From the NCBI GenBank assembly GCA_964019335.1, contig OZ025677.1, forward strand, positions 372,001-436,000: a stretch of DNA of 64,000 nt, read 5' to 3'. The DNA is from Diplonema japonicum. Its lineage: Eukaryota > Protista > Euglenozoa: Diplonemea. Below the pieces are notes generated by a model. That model was not told the origin of the DNA. It saw only the letters and a program-made list of their open reading frames with translations, and made no database searches. The translations under genes and the position numbers were made by a program. Positions 32,985 through 42,961 of the stretch are shown one piece after another (within the stretch, counting starts at the first letter, position 1; each line of letters opens with the position of its first letter).

Positions 32985-34271
32985 TTACAACTTGGCTCTG
33001 GGGCCCATGGACGAAAAGTCCCACGTTTTGCCGTCTTCGTAAGCCCTGAGGACCAGCCTCCCGACAGTGGTGATGTGGACCTCGTCAGGACCGTCATAGA
33101 ACCTTGCTGCCCTTGCGTTGCGGTACATCTCCCCGAGTGGTGTGTCATCAGTGAGTCCTGCAGCCCCGTGCACCTGCACTGCTCGATCAAGTACGCGGCA
33201 CAGTGCACGGGCACCCCACGCCTTTACTGCAGCCAGTTCGACTCTTGCATATGTGCCACTGTCCATTTTCTCAGCAGCTGCCATGGTCAGCAGCCTCAAA
33301 GCGGAGATGTCGCAGTACGACTCGTAAACATGTTCCTGCATCAGCTGTTTGGTCCCAAGGTTCCTGCCGCGCAGCTTCCTCGTCACCAACCTGCTGCACA
33401 TCAGGTCGAATGCTCTTTGTGCCTGCCCCAGCCACCTCATGCAGTGAAAGATTCTGCCGGGCCCAAGACGCTCCTGGGCAATCAAAAAGCCCAAACCCCT
33501 CTTCCCTATGAGGTTTGTGACAGGCACCCTCACGTTGTCGTAGATCACTTCGCTGTGGTTGCCGCCGTGTGTGCCCAGCACATGTGTCGAGCGTTGGATG
33601 TTGTACCCAGGAGTGCAGGTGGGAACCAGAATGATGGAGAATGCCAAGTGGGGGTCGGACGGCTTCTGTTCAGTGCGTGCCATGACGCACGTATACTCTG
33701 CGAACCCTGCATTGGTGGTCCACCACTTTCTGCCGTTGATGATCCACTCACTGCGGTCTTCAGACAGCACGGCGCTGGTGGAGATCCCTGTGGGGTCGGA
33801 GGACACGACATCGGGCTCCGTCATCGCGAAGCTCGGGTAAATGTCAGCACTCACTAGTCGCTTGAGGTACTTCTCCTTGATTGCGTTAGAGGCATGGTTG
33901 TGGAGCATAAGGGAGTCCTGCAGAGAGTGTGTTCCCAGAGCGCCTTGGGCCAGCTCGGACCTTCCTTGCACCTCATTGACATAGATGTAGTCCCGAAAGG
34001 GCATCCCCTGACCGCCGATTGATTTCGGGTGGCCTAGCGCCCACAAGCCCTCGGCTTTAGCTTTTGCCTGCAGCTTACTAACCTCGACCATTGCCACCTT
34101 TATCGCCTCTGCTTCCCCGTGTACTTTGAACACCTTGTGCAGCCTATCTTCTAAAGGGTAAACATCATTCTCGACAAATTTCAGCACCTTGTCTCGGATA
34201 GGTTTTACATGTGCGGGGACAGTGAACTTTGCGTCCGTAACCTTTGCTTGCAAGTTCCAAGATGTCGCCAT
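32985..34271 (-). CDS. Acyl-CoA dehydrogenase, ACAD10/11-like standalone domain with PTS1
   Basis: FAMTEPDVVSSD, INGRKWW, AQERLGPGRIFHCMR, QVHGAAGL, FYDGPDEVH and C-terminal AKL. Likely ATG at 34271 (MATSW). Confidence 0.93.
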   Translation of the reverse strand: MATSWNLQAKVTDAKFTVPAHVKPIRDKVLKFVENDVYPLEDRLHKVFKVHGEAEAIKVAMVEVSKLQAKAKAEGLWALGHPKSIGGQGMPFRDYIYVNEVQGRSELAQGALGTHSLQDSLMLHNHASNAIKEKYLKRLVSADIYPSFAMTEPDVVSSDPTGISTSAVLSEDRSEWIINGRKWWTTNAGFAEYTCVMARTEQKPSDPHLAFSIILVPTCTPGYNIQRSTHVLGTHGGNHSEVIYDNVRVPVTNLIGKRGLGFLIAQERLGPGRIFHCMRWLGQAQRAFDLMCSRLVTRKLRGRNLGTKQLMQEHVYESYCDISALRLLTMAAAEKMDSGTYARVELAAVKAWGARALCRVLDRAVQVHGAAGLTDDTPLGEMYRNARAARFYDGPDEVHITTVGRLVLRAYEDGKTWDFSSMGPRAKL

Positions 34272-34485
34272 CGTCTTCTGTGTGCGATGAACGGGACAAC
34301 AAAGAGGGTAATAAGATATCTTTATAAAATAGTTGAATAGAATAACAAAGAAGTAAAGAAATAACGTAAACGAACAACTAAAAAAAAAGGCTAACACGCT
34401 TGCCGACGATTCGACAACGGAGGGTGACTAAAGACCTATCGGATGCAAGAACAACGGAGCTAGGAATATGGCTAGAGGTGATAGG

Positions 34486-37400
34486 CTACGTGGCTTCAAC
34501 TAAGCCGTTCCATTTATCTGATTCGACAGGATCCCCGTCCACGGGGCATGGCTGTAGCGTGTACATGCGCTGCAAGGCGTCGGCCTGTGCCTGGACCACA
34601 GCACGGAGACGAGCGTTTTCGTTTTCGAGGATCTCCACACGCGACTGCACAGTCCGGGTAATAGTGCGTGCTCTAGTCCACGTCCTTCGTCGGACAGTGT
34701 CGGTGGACCCTGGAGTGTCCCTCCACGGGCCTTTGAAAGACGTAGCGTATCTGAACCCGTCTTTGCAGCCAGACAGGTCTTTCACCGCCCAGTCACCCTG
34801 CCACGCCCACCCCGGTGGACACGGAAATCCTTCTTTCTTTCTTGACTGCACTCCTGACTCGTCGCTGAAGGCAGGCGGATCACCCAGTGCCATCGTCATG
34901 GACCACCCTATCATCGGAAACCACCTCTGATTCTCCACAACAGTCACACACCAACCCTTGTCGTCGAATGGGAGGTAGTCATAAAAGGCACGCAGTCCTC
35001 TCTCCAGACCCTGTTCTGTTGCGATCTGCGTGCTGAGCTCCTTGGCTTTCTCAGACATCTCTGGTGTAAGAGCCTGCATCATAGCCTTCGCAAGCAGCTT
35101 CCCTGTAATGCTCTTATAACTGACAGGTGCTGGCCCAACGCCTTGCCGCTCACAGCACCTTCCCCAGAAAGGTTGATCGCCAAAGAAGGGGACTACTACA
35201 GTAGGAACACCTGCGTTTAACCCCGCAGCAGTGGTTCCTGCACCGCCGTGATGGACCACTGCGTTGCAGCGAGGGAACAGCCAGTCGTGCGGACACTTAT
35301 CGAGAAGAAAGATGTGGTCAGGAAGACTGCCCTCATACGATGACCCAAGGTTGGCCCAGCCAGGGGTTATAATGACCCGAAGCTGTGGATATATTTCATG
35401 CACTAAGTCAATTGCCGTGAATACTGCCTTCTCCAAGACTGACACCTCCTGAACTACAATAGAGCCGAACCCGATGTACACAAAGTAGCCATCGGAGGCA
35501 AGAAACCTTGCCAGCTCCGGGCTGGGTGTATAGCTTTCCTTTTCGTTTAGGAACCAAAAACCGGAGATAGAGATGTGCTGTTCCCAATCTGAAGGCCTTG
35601 GTACTATAGCCTCGGAGATGCAGTAGATATGAGGAGTATTAAGGGTATGTTGGATGCCTGCACCGTGTCGTAGCTTATGCAGCCCAATGGCCTCCCTGAA
35701 ATTGTTGATTATGTCGCCCATGCCGAGCCACGTCAGCTCCTCGACGATGCCGTACGACTGTTCGTTGCCGAAAACAGAGACCATTGCCAAAGGGTGGCGG
35801 TAGGCCTTCGTGGGACTCCACGGCATGGTGAAGAAGATCTGGAGCGGGATATGCAAAGCTTCTGCGATATGTGCATGAACAAGGACAGGGGGGTTGCTGA
35901 TAAGTACATCCGAAGACCATGTGCTGGCCTCTGTCCAGGCATGCTGGAACACTTGTGTCATCATAGACCTCTTAGCGCGAACTTCCTCGAGATGTATCGT
36001 GAGCATCGAAGGGTGTTCGACCATGAATTTCATAAGCGCTTCTGGGTCGCCCCCGATGGCCCCGAACTCGATGCCCCTGGATGTTACAAAGGTCTCGAAG
36101 CACGGGTGCGTCACAATTTTGACTGTATGCCCGTCTTGCTTCATCCGTCGAGCCATCGCCACGAAAGGCTGCACGTCTCCCCTCGAGCCCACCACCAGCA
36201 TGCACACCCTGAGACTGGGGCCCTTCCCAGAAAGGTACACGTTATCAGTGATTCTCAGGTGCTTGTCCTCAATGGTACGCAAGTATGCATGCTCGAAAGA
36301 GTGTTTGGATATAGTGTATTCATTGACCCCATGTGTGCTCTTCAAAGCCTCCAGCATGTCAATGAGCTTAGCGAGACCCATGCTGCCATGCACTTTGAAT
36401 TCCACATGCTTTTGATAAAACTCCATTTCTGCACACTCAGGGACAGACTCGACAAGGTGGTCACCAAGGGCGGGTGTTTGCTCACTGCAAGAAACCCGTG
36501 CAGTTACGAAGTAACCTGACGCATGTTGTTCTTTGAGGGCTCCCGTAGAGCCTACGGTCGTCAGGTTTCCTTGTACCATGACCCCCACATCTGTGCATGC
36601 GGCGTCTGCTTCTGTAAGGGAGCACGTTGTCAAGATGATGATGGGTGGGTCAGGTCGGCTGCTGACATCGCCTATAAGCCTCCAAGCTACTCTGCGCATG
36701 TAGGGATCCATAGCAGCCGTCGGTTCATCCAGCACGAGGACCTTAGGTGACCCCATCAGGGCAAGGAGCAGGGCCACAAGCCTCTTTAGACCTCCTGACA
36801 AGCTGTCGCACGTTGCACTGGCATATCCTGCAATACCCGCTTCTGCGAGGAGGCAGCGAACCCCATCGACACTGGCACCTTTTATGTTCCTAAGCTTTGC
36901 ATAATCTAGAAGGACGCGCTCCACAGAAAGTTCAGGAGGCAGAGGGTCTGTCTGAGGTAAGTATCCAACAAGCTTGTGCATCTCCTTGAGCTGAAGCGGG
37001 TGGAGATTCGTCAGGCCATTTAGTGTTACCTCGCCCTGTGATGGAGGAAGCAAGCCGGCTATCATGCGCATTGCGGTGGACTTCCCGGCCCCACTCGGAG
37101 AGATTAACCCGAAGCACATCCCAGGTTTCAGCTTGAGATACATCCCAGACACAGCAACAGTACTGCAGTACACCTTGCGGAGCTGGCGTACGAAAAGGGA
37201 CTTCTTGTCAGTGCCGCTGTTGAGTTCCACGTCACGCATCATGTCTGTCACAGACTTATCGGGGTTAAGGCCAAGTTTCACGGCCTCACCCATGTAGTAC
37301 CCATCTGGACGGGGGAAGCATCTCTTGACGATGTTCTTCAGCTTGTAACTGCTCTCTCCTACCATTAGCATCACGGACCAAAAGACAAGCTGATATATCA

Positions 37401-40400
37401 TCCCCAGAATGTTACCCGAGATTGCTTCCATGGGACCTAATCCTATCTTATGCAGCGCATCGTGCTTGCGCCTGTCCCCATACGCCAGGAAGTACATCAC
37501 AGAATCTGCCATCAATGACAGCGGTGACATGTTCTTCAACACATTATCCCTTTCGTTTTCTAGCCCGATATCTCTGATGAACTGGTTGGCAACTACGTAG
37601 TGGTAGAACACAAAGAATAGTGTCGCATGGGAAGGGCTAGTGAACATGAAGCCCACAGCGTAACCTGATGCGATCACAGCAGGGGAGTAGGCAAGGAAGG
37701 CCGCGAGGAGAGCCATGATAATGTTTTTGTCCCAGAACATATTACTGTACAAGCAGATGAACAATAATGTTACGAGGTTAATGACCATCAAGGCAAGCAC
37801 GTCGCTGAGACCCTTCGCAACATAAAAGGTCGTGTCGTGCACGCCACATAACTGCGACAGATGCCTTGCTCCGTTCTTTCTTTGTGCCACCAGCCACCCG
37901 ACAAAGATCCCACTGCAACTTGACAACGCTGTCAGTAGCAAGGCCGCGAACCCATAGTTCACAACCGCAGCGGGCTCCGGCACGCCAGGGAAGACTCCAA
38001 TCGTGCCTTCAATTATGTCGTGGCCTTGTGCCTTCCTCATCAGATTCCCTACGTACTGCACAGCAAAGGGCACCCCGTAGGACACGCTAGCATTGAACCA
38101 GATGTTCACGGACTGATTGTCAACTACTTCAAACGCAAAGGGCGTGGAGTACAGGATGACGTCTTCAAAAGATCCAGAGTACCTCACCGCGTTCAGCAAC
38201 CCACCGAAAGGCAAGGCTTCTATGAGATCCATGTATTCGTTAGCCCCAGGCCCTCCAACGAAGACAGCAGACGGGTCGGTAGCTGTCATGTTCGGCGAGA
38301 GCAGCACTGGAGCAGGGACAGGATCTTCGTTCCGGTAGGGCGATGAGGTGACCGCACAGAGCAGAGTGAACATAGCAATGAATTGATACACGAAGAACCC
38401 CCGTGAACGCAGGGTGGAGGCCGTCTTTTGCCACGCGATGAACAGTACCTGCTTTGGGATTGACAAGAATTGTGCAGGGCTTGTGAGCAAGGCAGCTTGT
38501 ACCCCCACGCGGCCTCCATTGAACATCTCAAGCAGCGGGATGTCGATTTCGTTTTCGGGCAGGCGGTACCCTACAGCAGTTCCCGTCATCTGATGCCCGG
38601 ACAGTAGCAGATCTTCGAAACTTGCTAAACGAATGGAAAAGGACTCTACATCGAGCACCGCGCACTCCGAAGTGTTCTCCAGGATCTTAAACAGGGGACC
38701 GTACCCTTGTAAGCCTTTTTGCGTCTCCGGAAGTGCGATGCTCAGCTGCCTGCCGGTAGCCGTGTAGTCATAATCGAAGGAGTTCGAGAACCTCCCGACA
38801 ACGCTAAGGATAGGCTCGTTGGGTGTGTGCATGTGGTTCTTGACAATGTCCAAACGTTGCCCATGATTGAACGAGTTCTTGATTTCCGCAATAGTGCCCA
38901 CATTCGCAGGAGGCAGGCAGCCTTCGTACATCACTGCCACAGAATCAGCAAGATACGCCTCATCCATCTGGTGCGTTGTGTACAACACAGTGCAATTCTT
39001 TCTGCTGCTGATTAGCGACCACACCTGCCGTCTGGAGTGCGGGTCCAGACCTGCCGTGGGCTCATCTAGGATAAGGATGGGAGGATCCCCGGCTAGAGCA
39101 AAGGCAACACTGAGCTTTCTCTTCTCGCCGGTTCCCAGGTTCTCAGATCTGTGCGTCAAGTACTTCTTCAGCCCTACCTCCTCGGCTGCCTTTTCTGCTC
39201 TTGCTGCAACTTCATTGTATGGCACTCCTTTCAAAGAGCACGCCAGCCCCAAAATCTCAGCAACTGTGAGGTCCGTCAACGGCAAATTCTGCTGAGGAGA
39301 GAACCCAACCAATCCTTGCCCGCACGCATCGGGCACTTGCAAGCCATATAGCGAGGTCTCACCAGAACACGTGATGCACCCGGTCAGTGCCTTCAGCAGT
39401 GTAGTCTTCCCGGCACCGTTGTGACCAAGCAAAGCAAGTCGCTCGCCACGCGCTACTTTGATATTGATACGTTTCAAGATCTCTCTTCCCTTAATCCTGA
39501 AGAACAGGTTGGAGGCAGCGACACCTGGAGACTCACCAGGGGGCTGCTGCTCGGCCTTTATCGGAAACAGCAACGGGTTCGACTTATACAACGCGCCATA
39601 GATCCAGAAGGTGAGGATGCTGTAGAGGACTATGTCGAAGACCAACATCCCTGCTATGGGGGCTAAGCCAGGGTTGCCACCGATCTCTGCGTCAGCAGGG
39701 TAGTACTTCGTTGACTGCTCATATGAGATGGAGAGCGACCCGAGGCACAACGCAGCGGGAGGGAACAGCGCTACGAACTGCCACCCCACGAAGCAATTGG
39801 AGTCGGGGACGATGCTTTGGGGGCCGTAGTTCTCACAGGTTCCCACAAAGATGCCTGCTCCACCTGTGAAATAATAGATTGCAAAAGAAGCAGCGGTTGC
39901 TGCCACAGTTTCCGTCGGCATGAAGAGCGAAAGGAACCCGCAAAATGATGGCAAGGAGAGCATAAAAACGGACAGAAACAACCATATTCGCACAGCACAG
40001 CCGGGCAAAAGAAGTGAGTCGATTCCCAAAGCGAAGAGGGGTAAGCAGACAAGCTTTGGGCCTAACTCATTGATCAGGAAGGTAGTTAGGTATGCTGCTT
40101 CGGACATGCCATTGGCATCGAGAAAGCCCCTTACGTCGTTGAAGAGGTACCGTCCCGTGCTGAAAAGAGTCCGCACGAAAGGGAGAGTAAAGGTGCCCAT
40201 TATTAGGAAACCGGCAAGAGGTTGTACAAGATAAAGCATGACTCGGCACTGAGCGATCTTCTCTATATCGACGTGCCCAGGGGCGGAGTACCGCGTGATG
40301 TTGATAGACGAAGTGTCGAGAAGGGTGGAAGAGTTGCTGAGGGCAGCCTCCAGCACAAGCTGGAAGAGGAGAAGGGAGTTCTGGAAAAAGGGCTTAGAAG

Positions 40401-40977
40401 CCGTGGACACTTCGCAGTAAGCAGGTGCTCTGAAGAGCTCATGACTGCTACCCTTCGTGTATATAGTGTATGAGGTACGAGATGTGATAACGACTGCCGT
40501 GTTAGTTCGATGTGCAGCACGATACCACCTCTGCCATTGATACCAAGAAACATCAGTTGGATTCACGTAAGAGAGCATTTCTTCCGGCGAGTCCCACACC
40601 CGAAAGCCCAACGTATTGTTCTCTACGTCTCGTATGTCCCGTTTCAGCTTGTTTATCACGTCTTCAACGAGTTCAATATCATGCCCAGTCAGCCACATCT
40701 CGTCATCGTTTTCTTGTTCATTATCTGGCGGTAGCACCGACACGCCAACCTTGCTCGCGTTCTGGTACGTCGGCCATCCTGCATAAAGCGGTAGGTCCTT
40801 CTCCCTCTTCTTCGCGTCTTCTCGCAGGACCGGGATCGTGCAGTACCAGAATAAAAGCAACATCGCAGGAAAGAATAACTCACTAAAAACCAAAGCCCTA
40901 CTCAGCTTCGAGGAACCCCATCTGCGGTGCAGGATCCATACATGCGGGACTTGCTTCACGAACGCACGCCAGCCCAT
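34486..40977 (-). CDS. ABCA-family full transporter fused to a UGT51/UGT80-type sterol 3-beta-glucosyltransferase and a DysF domain
   Basis: Two TMD-NBD halves (GHNGAGKT..LDEPTAGLDP; SPSGAGKS..LSGG..LDEPTAAMDP), then VGSRGDVQPF..FTMPW..HHGGAGTT..PFFGDQPFWG, then ENQRW..GW..PPGWAW..W..DGFRYA..VRRRTWTR. Single uninterrupted ORF. Confidence 0.92.
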   Translation of the reverse strand: MGWRAFVKQVPHVWILHRRWGSSKLSRALVFSELFFPAMLLLFWYCTIPVLREDAKKREKDLPLYAGWPTYQNASKVGVSVLPPDNEQENDDEMWLTGHDIELVEDVINKLKRDIRDVENNTLGFRVWDSPEEMLSYVNPTDVSWYQWQRWYRAAHRTNTAVVITSRTSYTIYTKGSSHELFRAPAYCEVSTASKPFFQNSLLLFQLVLEAALSNSSTLLDTSSINITRYSAPGHVDIEKIAQCRVMLYLVQPLAGFLIMGTFTLPFVRTLFSTGRYLFNDVRGFLDANGMSEAAYLTTFLINELGPKLVCLPLFALGIDSLLLPGCAVRIWLFLSVFMLSLPSFCGFLSLFMPTETVAATAASFAIYYFTGGAGIFVGTCENYGPQSIVPDSNCFVGWQFVALFPPAALCLGSLSISYEQSTKYYPADAEIGGNPGLAPIAGMLVFDIVLYSILTFWIYGALYKSNPLLFPIKAEQQPPGESPGVAASNLFFRIKGREILKRINIKVARGERLALLGHNGAGKTTLLKALTGCITCSGETSLYGLQVPDACGQGLVGFSPQQNLPLTDLTVAEILGLACSLKGVPYNEVAARAEKAAEEVGLKKYLTHRSENLGTGEKRKLSVAFALAGDPPILILDEPTAGLDPHSRRQVWSLISSRKNCTVLYTTHQMDEAYLADSVAVMYEGCLPPANVGTIAEIKNSFNHGQRLDIVKNHMHTPNEPILSVVGRFSNSFDYDYTATGRQLSIALPETQKGLQGYGPLFKILENTSECAVLDVESFSIRLASFEDLLLSGHQMTGTAVGYRLPENEIDIPLLEMFNGGRVGVQAALLTSPAQFLSIPKQVLFIAWQKTASTLRSRGFFVYQFIAMFTLLCAVTSSPYRNEDPVPAPVLLSPNMTATDPSAVFVGGPGANEYMDLIEALPFGGLLNAVRYSGSFEDVILYSTPFAFEVVDNQSVNIWFNASVSYGVPFAVQYVGNLMRKAQGHDIIEGTIGVFPGVPEPAAVVNYGFAALLLTALSSCSGIFVGWLVAQRKNGARHLSQLCGVHDTTFYVAKGLSDVLALMVINLVTLLFICLYSNMFWDKNIIMALLAAFLAYSPAVIASGYAVGFMFTSPSHATLFFVFYHYVVANQFIRDIGLENERDNVLKNMSPLSLMADSVMYFLAYGDRRKHDALHKIGLGPMEAISGNILGMIYQLVFWSVMLMVGESSYKLKNIVKRCFPRPDGYYMGEAVKLGLNPDKSVTDMMRDVELNSGTDKKSLFVRQLRKVYCSTVAVSGMYLKLKPGMCFGLISPSGAGKSTAMRMIAGLLPPSQGEVTLNGLTNLHPLQLKEMHKLVGYLPQTDPLPPELSVERVLLDYAKLRNIKGASVDGVRCLLAEAGIAGYASATCDSLSGGLKRLVALLLALMGSPKVLVLDEPTAAMDPYMRRVAWRLIGDVSSRPDPPIIILTTCSLTEADAACTDVGVMVQGNLTTVGSTGALKEQHASGYFVTARVSCSEQTPALGDHLVESVPECAEMEFYQKHVEFKVHGSMGLAKLIDMLEALKSTHGVNEYTISKHSFEHAYLRTIEDKHLRITDNVYLSGKGPSLRVCMLVVGSRGDVQPFVAMARRMKQDGHTVKIVTHPCFETFVTSRGIEFGAIGGDPEALMKFMVEHPSMLTIHLEEVRAKRSMMTQVFQHAWTEASTWSSDVLISNPPVLVHAHIAEALHIPLQIFFTMPWSPTKAYRHPLAMVSVFGNEQSYGIVEELTWLGMGDIINNFREAIGLHKLRHGAGIQHTLNTPHIYCISEAIVPRPSDWEQHISISGFWFLNEKESYTPSPELARFLASDGYFVYIGFGSIVVQEVSVLEKAVFTAIDLVHEIYPQLRVIITPGWANLGSSYEGSLPDHIFLLDKCPHDWLFPRCNAVVHHGGAGTTAAGLNAGVPTVVVPFFGDQPFWGRCCERQGVGPAPVSYKSITGKLLAKAMMQALTPEMSEKAKELSTQIATEQGLERGLRAFYDYLPFDDKGWCVTVVENQRWFPMIGWSMTMALGDPPAFSDESGVQSRKKEGFPCPPGWAWQGDWAVKDLSGCKDGFRYATSFKGPWRDTPGSTDTVRRRTWTRARTITRTVQSRVEILENENARLRAVVQAQADALQRMYTLQPCPVDGDPVESDKWNGLVEAT

Positions 40978-41120
40978 CGAAGCAGTCTGAGGATATGTTC
41001 GGTGAAAAAATACATAAGTTCTGAAAAAGAAATGAAAAAGATACAACAAAAAGAAATCTAATCATCGATGTGAGTCATCGAGTTGTCGAGTCGTTCCACC
41101 TGTACGGTGACAGGATGCTA

Positions 41121-41771
41121 CTACCTGCAGAGATGATTCAAAGGATTCATGCCCACAGGCTTCCCGACAGTGTAAGGCAAGGCAGGTGTCAAGAAGCCTG
41201 AAGGATCCTTGTAAAGATACTCGTCACATGACTGTGGTTGTGGTTGTGGTTGTGGTTGTAATTGTGGTGGTGGCAGTGGTTGAGAACCCGACGGCTCGCT
41301 TCGCCTCCTGCCCCGCGCAGGGTGCGGAGTGTCTATGCGTACTCGGTAGGTAGGTGCTTGAAACTTCTCCTTCGAAGCAACAGGATGAGGTACCTTCGGT
41401 GCCGCCCTTTGAGGTGAATGTGCCCTAGGCCCCCTTCCCGTCTCCATCTTTGCCGGGACCGAAGTAGGCCTCTCACACGTGATGCACTTATCTGTCCTAC
41501 ATATGTGGCATATCCATCTATGCCCCTGTTTCTCCGCTCTGCACCAATCACACCGCCACCCTCTCCTGTACTCACCTTGGTCATAACTTGTCACTTCCAT
41601 CGTGTGCCCATTCAAACAAACCACACCAGCAGGTGTTTTAACCGGCAGCGTTGCAGGCTTCTTCGGAGTTCCCCTCGCCACACTCGAAGATTGCCTCCTC
41701 GGGCTTCGAGGAACCTGCACCACCTTGGGCTTCGTGGGCAACGGTTCCTTTTTACTCCCGCACGTGCCCAT
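41121..41771 (-). CDS. Putatively myristoylated/palmitoylated ZZ-like zinc-finger protein
   Basis: N-terminus MGTCGSK. CLNGH..WRCDWC..RWICHICRTDKCITC. Pro/Gln-rich tail. Confidence 0.75.
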   Translation of the reverse strand: MGTCGSKKEPLPTKPKVVQVPRSPRRQSSSVARGTPKKPATLPVKTPAGVVCLNGHTMEVTSYDQGEYRRGWRCDWCRAEKQGHRWICHICRTDKCITCERPTSVPAKMETGRGPRAHSPQRAAPKVPHPVASKEKFQAPTYRVRIDTPHPARGRRRSEPSGSQPLPPPQLQPQPQPQPQSCDEYLYKDPSGFLTPALPYTVGKPVGMNPLNHLCR

Positions 41772-41884
41772 GTACCCGCTACCCGTCGGGTGGCTTCACT
41801 GTGATGAGCTTCGTAAAAACTGACTAAAAGTACTACTAAAAAAGTAGTAAGGAAATAAGAAATGAATCCGGATCCGGGTATGGT

Positions 41885-42961
41885 TTAGTTTCCGGATTTG
41901 GTGTTCTTTTTCTTCTTTAACAATCGTTCTCGGTATCCATCGGACGCCCTGCCGTTGTCGTTAGGGCAGCCGAACTGGTTGAGCGTGGTGCTGCAGTTCG
42001 GGAACGGGGTGTTGGCGTCGATGTTGGCTCGCCATTTTGCCTTGTAGGCATCCTCTTCACACTTCAAGGGTGAGGGCATTGGGAGGATGCGGGGGCCGTC
42101 TGGTGGACCGCACACGACGTTGGCAACTAGGTTAACCTTTGCCGCTGTGACAATGTGGTTGTAATGCACACCGTCGTTGGTCTTCATCGGGTCGGCACGT
42201 GTCATGGGTGTCGCGTTGATGAGCGTTGTGTTCGTGCACGCGGCAACCTGCTGCACGATCTCACGGAACACACCTGCCTTCTGGGCACTCTGGCAGTTGC
42301 AAAACCATTTGTTTGTGCATCTCTCAGGAGCTATCCAATGCAAATCCCACAGCGACAAGCCGTACTCCGTCTGCTGCATCATTGCTTTGTATCTCATCAC
42401 TTTTTCCTTCATCCCGTTGTAAAAAGCATCTGTCCCGCAGTGGTGCACTCCCTGGTCCCACATGGCCATCGTCACGGTCAGGTACACAGCGTCACCCACG
42501 ATGAAGTCGATGTAGTCGACCTTGCGATCCTTGCTCATCGTGAAGTAAGTGTACGCAGCAGAAGGGTTCCAGATGTGCCTGGCATTTACGCTTCGGTTGT
42601 AGATTTTTAACAGTTCCATGTTCTGCTCGCCGAGGGAGTCGCCTACAGACAAGTACGGCCTTGTCTCAAAGCACTCTACTACACTGGCCTTGCTAAACTG
42701 GTACATCTTGCAATTATCGGGAGACCATTTCTCACCCACCCATCTACCTGGGTACAAATCGGAGTTTGTCCTGCACCACGAGTTGGGATCCCGCACCGGT
42801 TCAGTCCTTGCCTGGGCGTCTTCCTGCGCTGCTAACTGTATGACATGCTTCTCTCTTTGTGAACGGAAGTAACTCGTCATGCTATTTGTTTGCATCTCCT
42901 TTAAAATCCACATCAAGGCCACCGCAAGTACCCCAAGCACGTACACTCTGAACTGTGCCAT
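41885..42961 (-). CDS. Single-domain SGNH/TBL-like membrane-anchored protein (paralogue of 21049-24711)
   Basis: Signal anchor, YPGRW..WSPDNC, SVGDSLGEQ, MWDQGVHHCG, DGVHY and NQFGCP. Confidence 0.82.
   Translation of the reverse strand: MAQFRVYVLGVLAVALMWILKEMQTNSMTSYFRSQREKHVIQLAAQEDAQARTEPVRDPNSWCRTNSDLYPGRWVGEKWSPDNCKMYQFSKASVVECFETRPYLSVGDSLGEQNMELLKIYNRSVNARHIWNPSAAYTYFTMSKDRKVDYIDFIVGDAVYLTVTMAMWDQGVHHCGTDAFYNGMKEKVMRYKAMMQQTEYGLSLWDLHWIAPERCTNKWFCNCQSAQKAGVFREIVQQVAACTNTTLINATPMTRADPMKTNDGVHYNHIVTAAKVNLVANVVCGPPDGPRILPMPSPLKCEEDAYKAKWRANIDANTPFPNCSTTLNQFGCPNDNGRASDGYRERLLKKKKNTKSGN

Noticed and set aside
35677-36519. Long plus-strand ORFs antisense to genes (also 32952-33857 and 28848-29693)
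   Set aside because: Shadow ORFs of GC3-rich minus-strand coding sequence.
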